From positions 1-27,641 of the forward strand of contig CBFHKU010000008.1 in NCBI GenBank assembly GCA_965656495.1: a stretch of 27,641 nucleotides of DNA. The letters run 5' to 3'. Made by a program: the position numbers and the translations under genes. Under the pieces are notes generated by a model. It was not told where the DNA came from. It saw nothing but the letters and a program-made list of their open reading frames with translations, and made no database searches. Origin of the DNA: Coraliomargaritaceae bacterium. GTDB lineage: Bacteria; Verrucomicrobiota; Verrucomicrobiia; Opitutales; Coraliomargaritaceae. Every line of letters begins with the position of its first letter. The first letter of the stretch is position 1. This document shows positions 26,418 through 27,641 of the stretch, in pieces.

Positions 26418-27478
26418 CGGGCTTGGGTGACATATTTAAGGCAAGTTTCCGGCGACCTCTGGGGGCGCTGTCGGGAGGGTTGTTGCTGGCGCTTTATATG
26501 ACCGCAATTTTTGCGGATCTCATCGCCCCCGCTACGACGAATGAACAGGATTTGGATCGTACCTATCATCCGCCCACGAAGATTATTTGGAGCGAGGGCG
26601 GTCTTCGGGTACAGGCCTATGCCCTGACGGACCCCTCGACTGCCGGTTATGAGGCGGTGCCGGGAAAAAGCTACGCGCTTAAATTCTTGGGTCGCGGGTT
26701 TGAATACCGTCTCTTGGGAATCTTCAAGACCGACCGCCACCTCTTGGTGTGCGATGATCCCGAAGGTGCGTTTTATTTGCTCGGCAGTGACTCGACGGGG
26801 CGGGATGTTTTTTCGCGCCTGGTGTTTGGTTCGCGGGTCTCGCTTTTTATCGGTCTGCTGGGTATTACGATAACGATGGTCTTGGGCTTTCTGGTCGGGG
26901 GCCTGAGTGGGTACTTCGGCGGGCGTACCGATTTTGTGGCGATGCGGATTGTGGAGTTTATGATGGCGGTGCCGGGGCTCTATTTGTTGCTGGCGCTTCG
27001 GGCAGCACTCGCACCGCATTTCGCATCGGATCAAATGTTCTTTGTGATCGTGATCATTCTAGCTTTTATCGGCTGGGCGGGTACGGCGCGTATTTTGCGG
27101 GGGATGGCGCTTTCCATCCGGCAACAGGCTTTTGTGATGGCGGCAGAGAGTATGGGGCAGGGGCCCTTGACGATTTTGCGGAAACACGTCCTGCCAAACC
27201 TGCTGAGCTATCTTTTGGTAGCGGCGACGCTCTCGATTCCGGGTTACGTCTTGGGTGAAGCGGCGCTTTCGTTTTTGGGACTGGGTATTCAGGAACCTTC
27301 GGCTTCGTGGGGTTTGATGCTATCGGAGGCGCAGAACGTGAAGGTGTTCTATCTAAACTTTTGGTGGTTGCTGACTCCGGGTCTTGCGATCTTTTTGACG
27401 GTGATTGCTTATAACGTCTTTGGGGATGTCCTGCGGGATGTGGTTGACCCGCGCTCGCAGACCAAACGCGGAGGATAG
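26414..27478 (+). CDS. Peptide ABC transporter permease (OppC/DppC type)
   Basis: LGSDSTGRDVFSRLVFGSRVSL; FVMAAESMG; EAALSFLGLGIQEP..SWG; GDVLRDVVDPR. Confidence 0.94.
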   Translation: MTGLGDIFKASFRRPLGALSGGLLLALYMTAIFADLIAPATTNEQDLDRTYHPPTKIIWSEGGLRVQAYALTDPSTAGYEAVPGKSYALKFLGRGFEYRLLGIFKTDRHLLVCDDPEGAFYLLGSDSTGRDVFSRLVFGSRVSLFIGLLGITITMVLGFLVGGLSGYFGGRTDFVAMRIVEFMMAVPGLYLLLALRAALAPHFASDQMFFVIVIILAFIGWAGTARILRGMALSIRQQAFVMAAESMGQGPLTILRKHVLPNLLSYLLVAATLSIPGYVLGEAALSFLGLGIQEPSASWGLMLSEAQNVKVFYLNFWWLLTPGLAIFLTVIAYNVFGDVLRDVVDPRSQTKRGG

Positions 27479-27641
27479 AAGTGGTTGGTTTAACGCGGAG
27501 GAGCAGAGGAGCGGAGTGGTTATTTTGTTTGAAACGCGGAGGAGCAGAGAAGCGGAGTGGTTATTTTGTTTGAAACGCGGAGGAGCAGAGGAGCGGAGTG
27601 GTTATTTTGTTTGAAACGCGGAGGAGCAGAGGAGCGGAGTG
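27464..27641. repeat. 41-bp tandem array of AACGCGGAG-GAGCAGAG-GAGCGGAG repeats (runs off the right edge)
   Basis: AACGC at 27492, 27533, 27574 and 27615, with constant linker TGGTTATTTTGTTTGA; a partial copy lies inside the last codons of the permease. Confidence 0.92.

Noticed and set aside
27405..27614. Short ORFs over repeats or promoters (also 3121-3339, 4388-4615, 15049-15231)
   Set aside because: They are translations of repeat or regulatory DNA with no independent coding evidence.
27492..27641. CRISPR array
   Set aside because: The 16-bp linkers are identical; this is a plain tandem repeat.

Overview
A mostly housekeeping, GC-rich window whose gene content and order suggest a Verrucomicrobiota (Opitutales-like) bacterium; this taxonomy is an inference. 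Core genes are an HI0933-family flavoprotein, sulP, tRNA-Arg(ACG), hpf, an SDR, an RluA-family enzyme, DUF445, ilvB, a YmdB-like phosphoesterase, a ferredoxin, rpsP-trmD-rplS, a carboxyltransferase, alr, tsaB, rpmI-rplT, a VOC protein, lexA and a peptide ABC transporter. The best candidate for an undescribed system is a GxxExxY PD-(D/E)xK nuclease gene (4706-5104) bracketed by copies of a 70-bp hairpin and followed by a 105-bp tandem array. The first three array units each carry a 19-aa mini-ORF that resembles an internally deleted GxxExxY gene. Related gene-less repeats recur at 3356-3560, 16921-17006, 21996-22412 and 27464-27641, which suggests a REP/RAYT-like nuclease-plus-repeat mobile system. 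Also notable are ribosomal protein S16 carrying a CDGSH-type [2Fe-2S] motif, an integrase-less 1.1-kb insertion in the 3' end of the DUF445 gene flanked by a 50-bp direct repeat, and an apparently replaced low-GC 3' end of the HI0933 gene with a 17-aa insertion.
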